Below are positions 34,135 through 43,502 of a stretch of 64,000 nucleotides of DNA, piece by piece (position 1 is the stretch's first letter; each line of letters begins with the position of its first letter). Below the pieces are notes generated by a model. That model searched no databases. It was given only the letters and a program-made list of their open reading frames with translations, and was not told the DNA's origin. Source of the DNA: an uncultured Gemmatimonadales bacterium (GTDB lineage: Bacteria > Gemmatimonadota > Gemmatimonadetes > Longimicrobiales > RSA9); NCBI GenBank assembly GCA_963708135.1, contig OY970192.1, positions 2,880,001 to 2,944,000 on the forward strand. Direction: 5' to 3'. Position numbers and translations under genes: made by a program.

Positions 34135-34539
34135 ATGACGCACCGCTCCCTCCTGGAGCGGGCGGCCCGGGCCCCGGTCGCGCTGCTGCTGCTTCTGGCG
34201 GCATGCGCGCCCGGGGTCCACCGTCCGGGCGAGGCGGGCCGGATCGAGGTCGTCGTCGAGAACGACCTCGCGCCTCCCGCCGCCGTCCTCGTCCGCGTGC
34301 TGCTCGACACGGGCGACCGCGTGCTGCTCGGCGACGTGCCTCCTTCCCACTCGCGCGTGCTCCGCTTCTCCAACCCCGCGGGCCGCAGCGGCATGCGCCT
34401 GTTGGCGGAGGTCTCGGGCGGGCGCGACATTACCTCCGGTCCCTTCAGCGCGTATTCGGGCGACCGGGTCACCTGGGCGCTGACCACCAACCTGGTGCGC
34501 GTCGGAGAGCAGGAGATTCCCTCCGAGGACCGCCCGTGA
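34135..34539 (+). CDS. Small hypothetical lipoprotein
   Basis: Lipobox LAAC; operonic with susD. Confidence 0.7.
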   Translation: MTHRSLLERAARAPVALLLLLAACAPGVHRPGEAGRIEVVVENDLAPPAAVLVRVLLDTGDRVLLGDVPPSHSRVLRFSNPAGRSGMRLLAEVSGGRDITSGPFSAYSGDRVTWALTTNLVRVGEQEIPSEDRP

Positions 34540-34561
34540 CCGATCTCGTGGAGCCGATGCC

Positions 34562-35035
34562 GTGAGCCGCCGTACCCCCGATCTCGCGAGCCTGGGCCGC
34601 GCCGTGGCCGCGCTGCTGCTCTGCACCACGGTCCTCGCCGGGTGCTTCGCCTACGCGCCGCTCGGCCAGGCGACGCCCGCCCGCGCCGCATCGCTCCGCG
34701 TGACCCTCGACACCGCCACCGACGTCCGCCTCACCCACCTTACGGCCAACGACGCGCGCGATGTCTACGGCGAGCTGGTCCGCATGGACGACAGCACTCT
34801 CGTGCTCTCCGCCACGCGCGTCGTCTCCGCCTCCGGCTTCGAGCAATCGGGCGAGGACGCCACGGTCACGCTGCCGCGCGCCAACGTGGCCGGCGTCGAG
34901 GTGAAGAAGCTCTCGCCGGCCCGCTCGGCGCTGTTCGCCGCCGGCCTCCTCGCGCTCGCCGTCACCGCCCGCCTCGCGCTCAGCGCCGCCGGTGGGCACG
35001 GCAGCGACGTCGGCACCGGCGGACCGGCAAAGTAG
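34562..35035 (+). CDS. Small hypothetical lipoprotein with C-terminal hydrophobic segment
   Basis: Lipobox LAGC followed by FAYAP; codon bias. Confidence 0.75.
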   Translation: MSRRTPDLASLGRAVAALLLCTTVLAGCFAYAPLGQATPARAASLRVTLDTATDVRLTHLTANDARDVYGELVRMDDSTLVLSATRVVSASGFEQSGEDATVTLPRANVAGVEVKKLSPARSALFAAGLLALAVTARLALSAAGGHGSDVGTGGPAK

Positions 35036-35173
35036 CGGCGCAGCGGCGGCGACCTCCGGGCGGGAGCTCCTCGGACTGGCGAGAGACGATCTGGCCGACC
35101 GGCAGGGACATCATGGGGGTCGGGCACACCTACGGCTGGATCGGGGGCCGGACGGGGTGACGACGGTGGGAGG

Positions 35174-35413
35174 CTAGCGGGCCTTCTCGCGCAGCCCGCG
35201 GGCCTGCTCGTAGCCCACGGCCACCATCTGGCTCCACCAGTCCGGCAGGTTGTGCTTGTCACGCAGGTAGGTGGAGAGGGCGCCGTGGCCGAGGCCCGTG
35301 CCGCCGACGCGGTCCAGCGTCGTGAACCACTCGTCCCACCCCTTGCCGGTCTTCAGTCGCACGGATGAATCGCGGATCCCGGCGAACTTCGTGTCCGTGG
35401 CTCCTGTGTCCAT
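35174..35413 (-). CDS. DUF4287-like small protein
   Basis: KTGKGWDEWF..LD; H.....YL..H....WWSQMVAVGYE; GGAGG RBS. Confidence 0.75.
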   Translation of the reverse strand: MDTGATDTKFAGIRDSSVRLKTGKGWDEWFTTLDRVGGTGLGHGALSTYLRDKHNLPDWWSQMVAVGYEQARGLREKAR

Positions 35414-35493
35414 CTGCGGCCTCCTGCATGCGGGGTGGAGCGCGGCCGCTCAAGATGGCAGGCCCGCGAGGGGCGGGCAAGCCGGCGCGGCGC

Positions 35494-37296
35494 TCACTCC
35501 GCGCCGGCGTCCCCGCGCGGCAGGTGCAGCGTGAAGGTGCTGCCGGCGCCTGGCTCGCTCTCGACCCCAATGTCGCCGCCCAGCAGGCGGGCGAGGCGGC
35601 GGCAGATGGCCAGGCCCAGCCCCGTGCCGCCCCGCTTCCTCCGGCTCGATCCATCCACCTGCACGAAGGGCTTGAAGATGTCCTCCAGCCGCGCGGCCGG
35701 AATGCCGACGCCGGTGTCGTGCACGCGCACCTCGAGCCATTCGGGCCGCGCGGCGAGCGTGAGATCGATGCCGCCCCGGTCGGTGTAGCGGACCGCGTTC
35801 CCCAACAGGTTCACCAGGATCTGGCGCAGCTTGCCCTCGTCCGTAATGGCCGGGAGCGGCGCCTCCGCCCCGCCCAGCCGGAGCGCCAGCCCGCGCGTCT
35901 CCGCCTCCGGCAGGAGCATCTCGACGACGCTGCGGGCCACAGCCGCCACATCGACACTGGCGAGCCGCGGCTCCTCCTTGCCGGCCTCCGAGCGCGTGAA
36001 CGTGAGGATCTCATCGATGATGGCCACGAGGTGCCAGGCGCTCGCGGAAATGCGGTCCAGGTGCTTTCTCTGCTTCTCCGTGACCGACCCGACGACCTCC
36101 CGCCGCAGCAGGTCGGCCAGCCCGATGACCGCGGTGAGCGGCGTGCGCAGCTCGTGGCTGATCGTGGAGAGGAACTGGCTCTTGGCGCGGCTCGCCCGCT
36201 CCGCTTCCTCCTTGGCCTCGCGGAGCGCGTCCTCGTGCCGGGCGCGCCCGATCAGCTCGGCCGCCAGCCGGAGATAGAGGTCGGTGAGGCGCAGGTCCCG
36301 CTCCGAGGGCCGGTGCGGTTCCCGGAAATGGGTGGACAGCATGCCGATCGGCGCGCCGTCGCGATCGATGATCGGCGTGGACTGCACCGCCCGGTAGCCT
36401 TCACCCCTGGCGACGTCCAGGTGCGGCGCGTACTCCGGGTCAAGCTCGATATCCTCGATGACGGTGCGCACGCGGGCGCGCAGGGCCCGCCCACAGGCGG
36501 ACGTCTCCGCGACGTCCACGACCCGGAAATGCTCGAGAAAGCGCGGGGAGAAGCCGCGCTGGACGGCGATCCTCAGCGAGTCGGTGTCCCGGTCGTAGAG
36601 CTGGATGTTGCCGAACGCGGCGCCCTGCAGCGCGATCGTCGCCTCGAGGATCTGCTCCAGCACGGCCGGCAGCTCGCCCGCCTCCACGAGGCGGGTGCTC
36701 AGCGCGTGCAGCCGCTCCGTCGCGGCGAGGTCGGAGGCGAGCCGCTCCGCGAGCGCGTCGCGGCTCAGCTCCATCCGCCGCTGCGCGGTGACATCGTTGA
36801 ACAGGATGCCGACCCGGTGCTCGTCCGGCTCGCCCACGCGGAACGCGTACACCGTGTACCACCGCCCCAGCGCAGCCGCCGGCCTGTCGAAGCGTAGCGA
36901 CTCGCCGGTCCTGGCGACCCTGCCGTAGATCTCGAACCAGTGCTCCTCGTGGTCCGGCCGGAGCGAGCGCATGGTCCGGCCGATGGCGTTCGCGAGGCCC
37001 GTCTGCGCGGCGAACGACGCGTTTACCTCGAGGAACCGGTAGTCCACGGGGCGCCCGTCATCGTCGAAGATCACACGCACGATGCAGAAGCCCTCGTCGA
37101 TGGAATCGAAGAGGGCGCGGTAGCGGTCCTCGCTCGCGCGCAACTCCGTCTCGAGCCGTTCACGAAGCGCCTCACGCTCGGCCTCCACCTCGCGCAGACG
37201 CGCCTCGGTGGCCTCGGTCGGGTGATGCGTCTGCCGCGGATCGGGGAGGGGGCCGGCGGCGGCGGGGTTGCCCTGTTGCGGGACCAAGCTGGACAT
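35494..37296 (-). CDS. Cytoplasmic PAS-GAF sensor histidine kinase, no partner regulator nearby
   Basis: LFDSIDEGFC..DYRFLEVN; AVQSTP; SHELRTPL; NLLGNAVRYT; DTGVGI; GTGLGLAI. Confidence 0.93.
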   Translation of the reverse strand: MSSLVPQQGNPAAAGPLPDPRQTHHPTEATEARLREVEAEREALRERLETELRASEDRYRALFDSIDEGFCIVRVIFDDDGRPVDYRFLEVNASFAAQTGLANAIGRTMRSLRPDHEEHWFEIYGRVARTGESLRFDRPAAALGRWYTVYAFRVGEPDEHRVGILFNDVTAQRRMELSRDALAERLASDLAATERLHALSTRLVEAGELPAVLEQILEATIALQGAAFGNIQLYDRDTDSLRIAVQRGFSPRFLEHFRVVDVAETSACGRALRARVRTVIEDIELDPEYAPHLDVARGEGYRAVQSTPIIDRDGAPIGMLSTHFREPHRPSERDLRLTDLYLRLAAELIGRARHEDALREAKEEAERASRAKSQFLSTISHELRTPLTAVIGLADLLRREVVGSVTEKQRKHLDRISASAWHLVAIIDEILTFTRSEAGKEEPRLASVDVAAVARSVVEMLLPEAETRGLALRLGGAEAPLPAITDEGKLRQILVNLLGNAVRYTDRGGIDLTLAARPEWLEVRVHDTGVGIPAARLEDIFKPFVQVDGSSRRKRGGTGLGLAICRRLARLLGGDIGVESEPGAGSTFTLHLPRGDAGAE

Positions 37297-37356
37297 GGCC
37301 GCACCGGCGAACGAGTCGTGGAAACAGTCTGAACGCTAGCACCCGGCAGCGCGGCT

Positions 37357-37372
37357 GGCAAGGACGGGGCCG
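37357..37372 (-). promoter_or_regulatory. Candidate sigma54 promoter for the histidine kinase (CGGCCCCGTCCTTGCC)
   Basis: GG-N10-GC with TTGC, 60 nt upstream of the ATG. Confidence 0.3.
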
Positions 37373-37461
37373 ACGCACGCGGCCGGCGAGGCGGCGGGCT
37401 GGAGCGGAAGGAGCGGAAGGAGCGGCCGGCGGCCGGCGGCCGCTGGCCCGGACCCGCCGCG

Positions 37462-37761
37462 TCAGCCGCCGGGCTCCGCGCCCGGTCCACTGGTGCGGCC
37501 GGTACGCTCGCTCTCCCGGATCCTGAACACCGGGGCCTGCAGCGCGCGGCCCGGCTCCCTGAGGCGGGGCGCGGAGGCGTCGAACTGGCTGCGCAGCAGC
37601 TCGAAGACGCGCAGCCTGCCGTTCGCGTCCTCGATCCACTCCACCCGCCCGCGCACGAGCACGCTCGACCAGCGCTCCGCCCGCGCCCCGTCAACCTCCG
37701 TCACGGTGAGGCAGACCTCCGGCCGCTCGCGCATCGCGCGCGCCCGACCCCTACCCGTCAT
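37462..37761 (-). pseudogene. N-terminally truncated pyridoxamine 5'-phosphate oxidase-like (NimA-type) protein
   Basis: GRARAMRERPEVCLTV..W.SVLVRG....VFRI...TGR; N-terminal strands missing and a heptamer repeat lies just upstream. Confidence 0.6.
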
Positions 37762-37792
37762 GCCGATCCCTCCCGCTGTTGCCGTGCCCATC

Positions 37793-37850
37793 GGATCCCG
37801 CAGCCCGCACCACGCCTCACGAGCCCCGAGCCCCCGAACCCCGAGCCCGG
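37793..37850. repeat. Heptamer array (CCCCGAG-type) just after the nirK stop
   Basis: Seen directly. Confidence 0.65.
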
Positions 37851-37853
37851 GCC

Positions 37854-38936
37854 TCACTCACCGGCCAGCGAGCGCGCGCCCCCGGCGTGAAAGACCGCCA
37901 CGTTCGGCGCGCCGTCCACGTGCAGCGTCGCCATGGCACCCTTGAAGAAGGCGCGGAAGATGGAGTGATCGAGCAGCGTGTAGTCGCCCGGCACCTCGGT
38001 GCGCAGCTCGACCGTGGCCGCGCCGCCGGCCGGGATCAGGACGGTCTGCATGTTGTGCTGGGCCGGCGAGTCGTAGCCCTCGTAGACGTTGTCCATGTGC
38101 TCGCCGATGATGTGGAAGGAGCTGACCAGGTTCGGGCCGCCGTTGCCGACGAACAGCCGCACGGTCTGGCCTTCCTGCGCCTTCAGCGCATGGGCACCCA
38201 TGAGCGAGCCGACGGCGCCGTTGAAGACCACGTAGGTCGGCCGCTCGTCCAGCGCCTTCTGCATGTCGAACTGCTGCAGCCCCGGCGCGCCGAACGCACC
38301 CTTCGTGTACATGTCGCCCTGCATGACGTAGTACTCGTGGTCCACCGGCTCCATCCCGTCGTTCGGCTGGACCAGGATCATGCCGTACATGCCGTTGGCG
38401 ATGTGCACCGGCGCCGGCGTCATGGCGCAGTGGTAGACGAAGAGCCCCGGGTGCAGCGCCCGGAACGTGAGGACGGTCTCCTGCCCCGGAGGCGTCATCG
38501 TCGCGTGCGCGCCACCGCCCGGCCCGGTCACGGCGTGCAGGTCAATGTTGTGCGGCATGGCGTTCGTGGCCGCGTTGCGCAGGTGCAGCTCGACCAGGTC
38601 GCCCTCGCGGACCCGGATCATCTTGCCCGGCACCGTCCCGCCGAAGGTCCAGAAATCGTACGTCACGCCGTCCGCGAGCCGCATCTTCTTCTCGATCACG
38701 TCCAGCTTCACCACGACGCGCGTCGCGTAGTCGCGCGTGATCGGCGCCGGCACGCTGGGGGGGTCCACCAGCCGCGCGACCTCCACACCCTTCACCGCCG
38801 GCAGCTCCACCGTCGGGATCCGCGCCGTGGTCCAGCTCGGGCCACCCCGCATCGTGAACGCGAGACCCGCCGCCGCCGCGGCCGTGAACACCGCCGCCAG
38901 CGCCCAGCTCGTCCGCTTCGCAGTCTGTTGCGTCAT
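37854..38936 (-). CDS. nirK: Copper-containing nitrite reductase (AniA-like)
   Basis: [19 protein letters not shown].....[26 protein letters not shown]: type 1 and type 2 Cu ligands plus catalytic Asp/His present. Confidence 0.96.
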   Translation of the reverse strand: MTQQTAKRTSWALAAVFTAAAAAGLAFTMRGGPSWTTARIPTVELPAVKGVEVARLVDPPSVPAPITRDYATRVVVKLDVIEKKMRLADGVTYDFWTFGGTVPGKMIRVREGDLVELHLRNAATNAMPHNIDLHAVTGPGGGAHATMTPPGQETVLTFRALHPGLFVYHCAMTPAPVHIANGMYGMILVQPNDGMEPVDHEYYVMQGDMYTKGAFGAPGLQQFDMQKALDERPTYVVFNGAVGSLMGAHALKAQEGQTVRLFVGNGGPNLVSSFHIIGEHMDNVYEGYDSPAQHNMQTVLIPAGGAATVELRTEVPGDYTLLDHSIFRAFFKGAMATLHVDGAPNVAVFHAGGARSLAGE

Positions 38937-39005
38937 GTCCTCCGTCCCTTCTCTCGAGGCGACGACGCCGCCGCCCGGTTCACTTCGCTCCGCCGCGTCC
39001 GGCGC

Positions 39006-39422
39006 TCACGCCTCCACGCCCGCGGCCTCGCCGATCAGGTCGGCCAGCGTCGTGCGCCGCAGCGCCGCGCCGGTCTCGTTGGTGATCGCGCGCCAACGCG
39101 CATGCGCGGCGCACGGGTCCTCGCTCGTGCACGGGCGGCCGCCGAGCAGGCAGATCGGCGCCGCGACCGGCGCGTCGAACGCCTCCACGACCTCCGCCAC
39201 CGTCAGCGCCTCGGGCGCCACGGCCAGCCGGAATCCGCCCGTCGGCCCGCGCGTGCCCACCACCACGCCGTGCTTGGCGAGCTGGTGCAGCGTCTTGGCC
39301 AGATAGTTGGCCGGCGCGCCGAGCGCCTCGGCCACGCGCGCGGCCGGCACCGGCTGGGTGGCCGGCTGGCGGGCCAGGAAGAGCACGGCGCGCAGCGCGT
39401 GCTCCGCGGTCTGTGAGATCAT
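39006..39422 (-). CDS. Rrf2 family Fe-S transcriptional regulator
   Basis: SQTAEHALRA, YLAK.L, RGPTGGF.LA, CLLG...C....PCAAH. Confidence 0.93.
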   Translation of the reverse strand: MISQTAEHALRAVLFLARQPATQPVPAARVAEALGAPANYLAKTLHQLAKHGVVVGTRGPTGGFRLAVAPEALTVAEVVEAFDAPVAAPICLLGGRPCTSEDPCAAHARWRAITNETGAALRRTTLADLIGEAAGVEA

Positions 39423-39530
39423 GCGACCTCCCGTTCAGGCGATTTCCTCATGCCGACATGATAAAGCCTCGCCGGGCCGGGCGGTGTCCGCCATCGGATG
39501 AAATTCGTGTGGGGGTTCGGCCTACATGCG

Positions 39531-39836
39531 GAGAGTGGGGGAGTGGGGGACCCCCGGCCGGCTTCTTCTTGCCCGGCAGGATGCCTGGCCTCGCGAGCTG
39601 CGCCGCGCCGCGAGGGGCCCAGGGCGCGATGGCGCGGACGGCGCGTGGGCGGGCCGGCCGGATGCCGGGCCTCGCGAACCGCCCGGCGCCGGGAGGAGCC
39701 CGACGCGACCGCGATGATGCGGGCGTCGCGCGGAGGATGCGGACGGCGCCCCGCGTCGCCGGCGCGGGGTGCGAGGCACCGCACCCGAGTCCCCCGCAAT
39801 CGTCGCCCGGTCTCCCACTCCCCCACTCTCCCACTC
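39531..39836 (-). repeat. GGGRGAGT-ended intergenic element with diverged interior
   Basis: Inverted octamer termini. Confidence 0.6.
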
Positions 39837-39873
39837 GGGAACGCGCGGGGTGCGAGGCCGGCCACCCGGGGAT

Positions 39874-42306
39874 CTACTCGCCGCGCATCATCTCGACGGG
39901 TTCGATGCGGGAGCTCCGGAGCGCGGGCACGAGGCTGGCCAGCCAGCCGGCTGCGGCGAGGACCACGAGCACGGCAAGGAAGGTGAGCGGGTCGGTGGGC
40001 GCGACTGCGAACAGCAGCCCGGCCAGCGCGCGGGTGAGTCCGATGGCGGCGAGGCTGCCGACGACGGCGCCGGCGGCGCCGGCGGCGAGGTACTCGCGCT
40101 GGAGCATGTGGCGCACGGCGCGGGGCTCGGCGCCGAGGGCGAGGCGGATGCCGATCTCGCGACGGCGGCGCTCGACGGCGTAGCCCACGACGCCGTAGAC
40201 GCCGATGCCGGCCAGCACCAGGGCGAGGGCGGCGAAGCCGGAGATCACGAGCATGATGAAGCGGCGGGCCGCGAGCGCGCCGGAGAGGCGGGCGCGCATC
40301 GTCTGGAGGCGGACGGGCACGTCGGCGTCCACGTCGCGGACGGCCGCGCGCACGGCGGGGCCGAGCGCGGCGGGCGGTCCCGCGGCGGGGCGCAGCACGG
40401 CGGTCATGGTCCAGGAGCGGAAGGGGCGTTGCCGGTACGGGAAGTAGAAGATCGGCTGCGGCGGCGCGGTGAGGTCGGCCTGGCGCACGTCGCCTACCTC
40501 ACCAACGACGGTGGCCCACTTCTCCTTGTCCCACCAGTTGTCCATGCCGCCGGCCGTGATGCGCTTGCCGATGGGATTCTCGCCCGGCCAGGCCAGCGCG
40601 GCGAAGGCGTGGCTGACGAGCACGACGTGGTCGCCGCCGGGGGCGTCGGCGGGCTGAAACAGGCGGCCGCGCAGGAGCGGGATGTCGAGCGCGCGGAAGT
40701 AGCCCGCGTCGGCCAGCTGGTAGTATCCGCTCGCGTTCGGCCGAGGGCCGCCGGCCACCTGCACGAGCCCCTGGCTGCTCGCGCCCTCCATCGGCGCGGC
40801 CGTGACGAGCCCCGCCGCGGCCACGCCGGGCAGCGCGCGCAGCCGCTCGGCAACGGCCTCGTAGTAGACGCGCCGGGCGTCGGCGTCCCCGTACTTCGAG
40901 GCGGGCGGATCGAGCGTGGCGGTGAGCACGCCCTCGGTGCGGAACCCGGGCCGCACCTCGAGCACGGAGCGGAAGCTCCGCAGCAGCAGGCCGGAGCCGA
41001 CGAGCAGCACGAGCGCAAGCGCCATCTCCACGGCGACGAGGCCCTTCCAGATCCTCTGCCGGCGGGGCTCGTCGCCGCCGCGGCCGCCGCTGCGCAGCGT
41101 GCGGATGGCGTTGCCCGAGACGCGCAGTCCCGGCAGCAGCCCGGCCAGCGAGGTGGCGAGGAGCGCGAGCGCGAAGGTGAACGCCACGGCGCGTCCGTCG
41201 AGCCGCACCTCCGCGAGCCGGGGCAGGCCGGCGGGCGCGAGCGCGGGCAGCACGCGCAGCAGGCCGAAGGCCAGCGCCAGCCCGAGCAGGCCGCCGGCGA
41301 GCGCGAGCACCAGCACCTCCGTCACGACGACGCGGACCATGCGTCCGCGGCCGGCCCCGAGCGCGTGGCGGATGGCGTACTCGTGCTCGCGCCCCGTGCC
41401 GCGCGCCAGCGTGGTGCTGGCCAGGTTGGTGCACGCCACGAGCAGTACGAGCAGCGACGCGCCCAGCAGGATCCAGAGCGGCCGCCGCATGTCGCCGACC
41501 AGCGCCTCGCGGAGCGGCCGCACGGCCACCGCGCGCGGGAAGTAGTCCGCGGCGCCGGGGTCCGCGAGCTCGCCCGGGTCCTCCGTCGCGAAGCGGCGCG
41601 TGATGGCATCGAGCTCCTGCTTCGCCTGCGCCGCCGTGGCGCCTGCGGCGAGGCGGCCGACCGCGATGAAGTTGTGCGAGGTGCGCGAGTCGCCCAGCTC
41701 CTCGAGCTCGAGCGGCGCCCAGACCTCCGCGCCGTGCGGATAGTCGAAGCCCGGCGGCATCACGCCCACCACGCGCATCCGGAAGCCGCCCACGTCCAGC
41801 CGGACGGCCGAGAGGTCGCGCGCGGCGCCGAGCTCGGTGCGCCAGAACGCGTCGCTCACCAGGGCCACCGGATCCGCGCCGAAGCGGTGGTCCTCGGGCA
41901 CGAAGCCGCGGCCGAGCGCCGGACGCACCGCCAGCGTGCGCAGGAAGCCGTCGCTCACCTCCGTCATCGACGCGCGCAGCGGCTGCCCCAGCCCGAGCAG
42001 CGTGGTCTCCGCCGGCCGGGTATGGGCAAAGACAGACTCCAGCCGCGTGGCGTCCCGCCGCCAGTCCTCGAAGTTGTGCCACGCCACCTGCATCGACCGC
42101 CCCTTGCCGCTCATCTCCCGCAGCTCGACCAGCCGATCCGACGCCGGCAGCTGGAGCGGCGCGATCAGCACGTGGTCGACGATGCTGAACACCGCGGCGT
42201 TCGCCCCGATGCCGAGCACCAGCGTGAGCAGCGCCACGATCGTGTACGCGGGGCTCCGGCGCAGCGCGCGCACGGCGTGGCGGAGATCCGGGAACCGCAC
42301 GAGCAT
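39874..42306 (-). CDS. ABC transporter permease, duplicated MacB/FtsX (ADOP-type), second paralog
   Basis: DLRHAVR.LRRSP..TLVLGIGANAAVFS; LLVACTNLA; GVYGV..Y.V.RRRREIGIRLALGA. Confidence 0.93.
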   Translation of the reverse strand: MLVRFPDLRHAVRALRRSPAYTIVALLTLVLGIGANAAVFSIVDHVLIAPLQLPASDRLVELREMSGKGRSMQVAWHNFEDWRRDATRLESVFAHTRPAETTLLGLGQPLRASMTEVSDGFLRTLAVRPALGRGFVPEDHRFGADPVALVSDAFWRTELGAARDLSAVRLDVGGFRMRVVGVMPPGFDYPHGAEVWAPLELEELGDSRTSHNFIAVGRLAAGATAAQAKQELDAITRRFATEDPGELADPGAADYFPRAVAVRPLREALVGDMRRPLWILLGASLLVLLVACTNLASTTLARGTGREHEYAIRHALGAGRGRMVRVVVTEVLVLALAGGLLGLALAFGLLRVLPALAPAGLPRLAEVRLDGRAVAFTFALALLATSLAGLLPGLRVSGNAIRTLRSGGRGGDEPRRQRIWKGLVAVEMALALVLLVGSGLLLRSFRSVLEVRPGFRTEGVLTATLDPPASKYGDADARRVYYEAVAERLRALPGVAAAGLVTAAPMEGASSQGLVQVAGGPRPNASGYYQLADAGYFRALDIPLLRGRLFQPADAPGGDHVVLVSHAFAALAWPGENPIGKRITAGGMDNWWDKEKWATVVGEVGDVRQADLTAPPQPIFYFPYRQRPFRSWTMTAVLRPAAGPPAALGPAVRAAVRDVDADVPVRLQTMRARLSGALAARRFIMLVISGFAALALVLAGIGVYGVVGYAVERRRREIGIRLALGAEPRAVRHMLQREYLAAGAAGAVVGSLAAIGLTRALAGLLFAVAPTDPLTFLAVLVVLAAAGWLASLVPALRSSRIEPVEMMRGE

Positions 42307-42516
42307 TTCTCGCCCCTCCCTTTCCTCTCCTCGCGGACATTGGTCGGAATTCGGCGCGCACCGGTTCCTCAGGGCTTGGATGCTACCCCCCCACACCAGG
42401 GTTGGAAAGCCGGGACGTTTTCAAGGCGGCAACTGCTCGAGGCGGCACGAGCAGGACGCTCCAAAGGATGGCGGGGCCGCGATCGGGCGGCCATCCCACT
42501 AGCGTCAAATGCCGGG

Positions 42517-42696
42517 CCGCAGTCGGTCGTGCCGAAGTCATCCGGCCCGCAGTCCGTCGTGCCGCAGTCATCCGTGCCGCAGTCCGTCGTGCCGCAGTCC
42601 GTCGTGCCGCAGTCCGTCGTGCCGCAGTCCGTCGTGCCGCAGTCCGTCGTGCCGCAGTTGGTCGTGCCGCAGTTGGTCGTGCCGCAGTCAGCCGTT
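42517..42696. repeat. 15-bp tandem repeat, 12 units, consensus CCGCAGTCCGTCGTG
   Basis: Counted directly; central units identical, flanking units variant. Confidence 0.95.
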
Positions 42697-42727
42697 GCCC
42701 GATTTCCGGAGGAGGTCCGAACCGCTC

Positions 42728-43480
42728 CTACAACCTCCGTTTGTATTCCGCCAGCGCGGCATCCAGCCGCTCGCGGGCGGTGGTGTCGCCGGGGATGTTG
42801 TGTGAGGGGTGAATGTGGAGGTGCTCACCGCGCTCGACGAGCAGCTCGCCCACGGTGGTGATCGTCATCCATACGATGGTGACAAACGCCATTGTCGAGA
42901 GCGGGCCCAGGCGGTCCACGTGCCCGGCGACGGGTACGCTCGCGTCCGCGGCCGGGACCCGGCTGTCGATCACGATGTCGGCGAGCTCGAAGAGCTTCCT
43001 GCCCGAGGAGTGGCGCGGCGGCTCGTCGGCGAACGCGGCGGCGGAGCCGGCGACGACCACCTTCATTCCCCGCTCACGCGCCTCGAGCGCGATGTCGATG
43101 TTCACGGGATTGAGCCCCGAGTGGGAGAAGATCCACATCGTGTCGCGCGCGTCGAAGTCGTACGCCTTCATGATCTCGCGGCCGTAGCCCTCCGCGCGCT
43201 CGAGGAAGAGGAACTGGTGGATCCCCATCTCGCCGGTGATGTGCGTGAAGAAGGTGAGCGGCAGCTCGATCATCGGGTGGAAGCCGACGAACCCGCCGAT
43301 GCGCGGGTACATCTCCTCCACCGGCAGCGTCGCGTGGCCGCAGCCGAACGTGTGGACCCAGCGCCCCGCGGCGATGGAGTCCGCCATGGTGGTGGCGGCG
43401 GCGCGGATGGCGTCCAGCTGCGTCGCCTCGATCCGGTCCAGGGCGGCGCGGGCTTCCTTCAGCCAGTCGTCGGCGAGCAT
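42728..43480 (-). CDS. SIS domain sugar isomerase-like protein
   Basis: HTFGCGH..LPVEEMYPR.G; FSHSG.N; RHSSG.KL..LADIVID. Confidence 0.9.
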   Translation of the reverse strand: MLADDWLKEARAALDRIEATQLDAIRAAATTMADSIAAGRWVHTFGCGHATLPVEEMYPRIGGFVGFHPMIELPLTFFTHITGEMGIHQFLFLERAEGYGREIMKAYDFDARDTMWIFSHSGLNPVNIDIALEARERGMKVVVAGSAAAFADEPPRHSSGRKLFELADIVIDSRVPAADASVPVAGHVDRLGPLSTMAFVTIVWMTITTVGELLVERGEHLHIHPSHNIPGDTTARERLDAALAEYKRRL

Positions 43481-43502
43481 TGCGTCGCTTTCGCTTCGGT
43501 GT

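Noticed and set aside
42710..42732. GTAG-type REP (GTAGGAGCGG on the minus strand)
   Set aside because: The TAG is the SIS gene stop; there is no convincing palindrome or second copy
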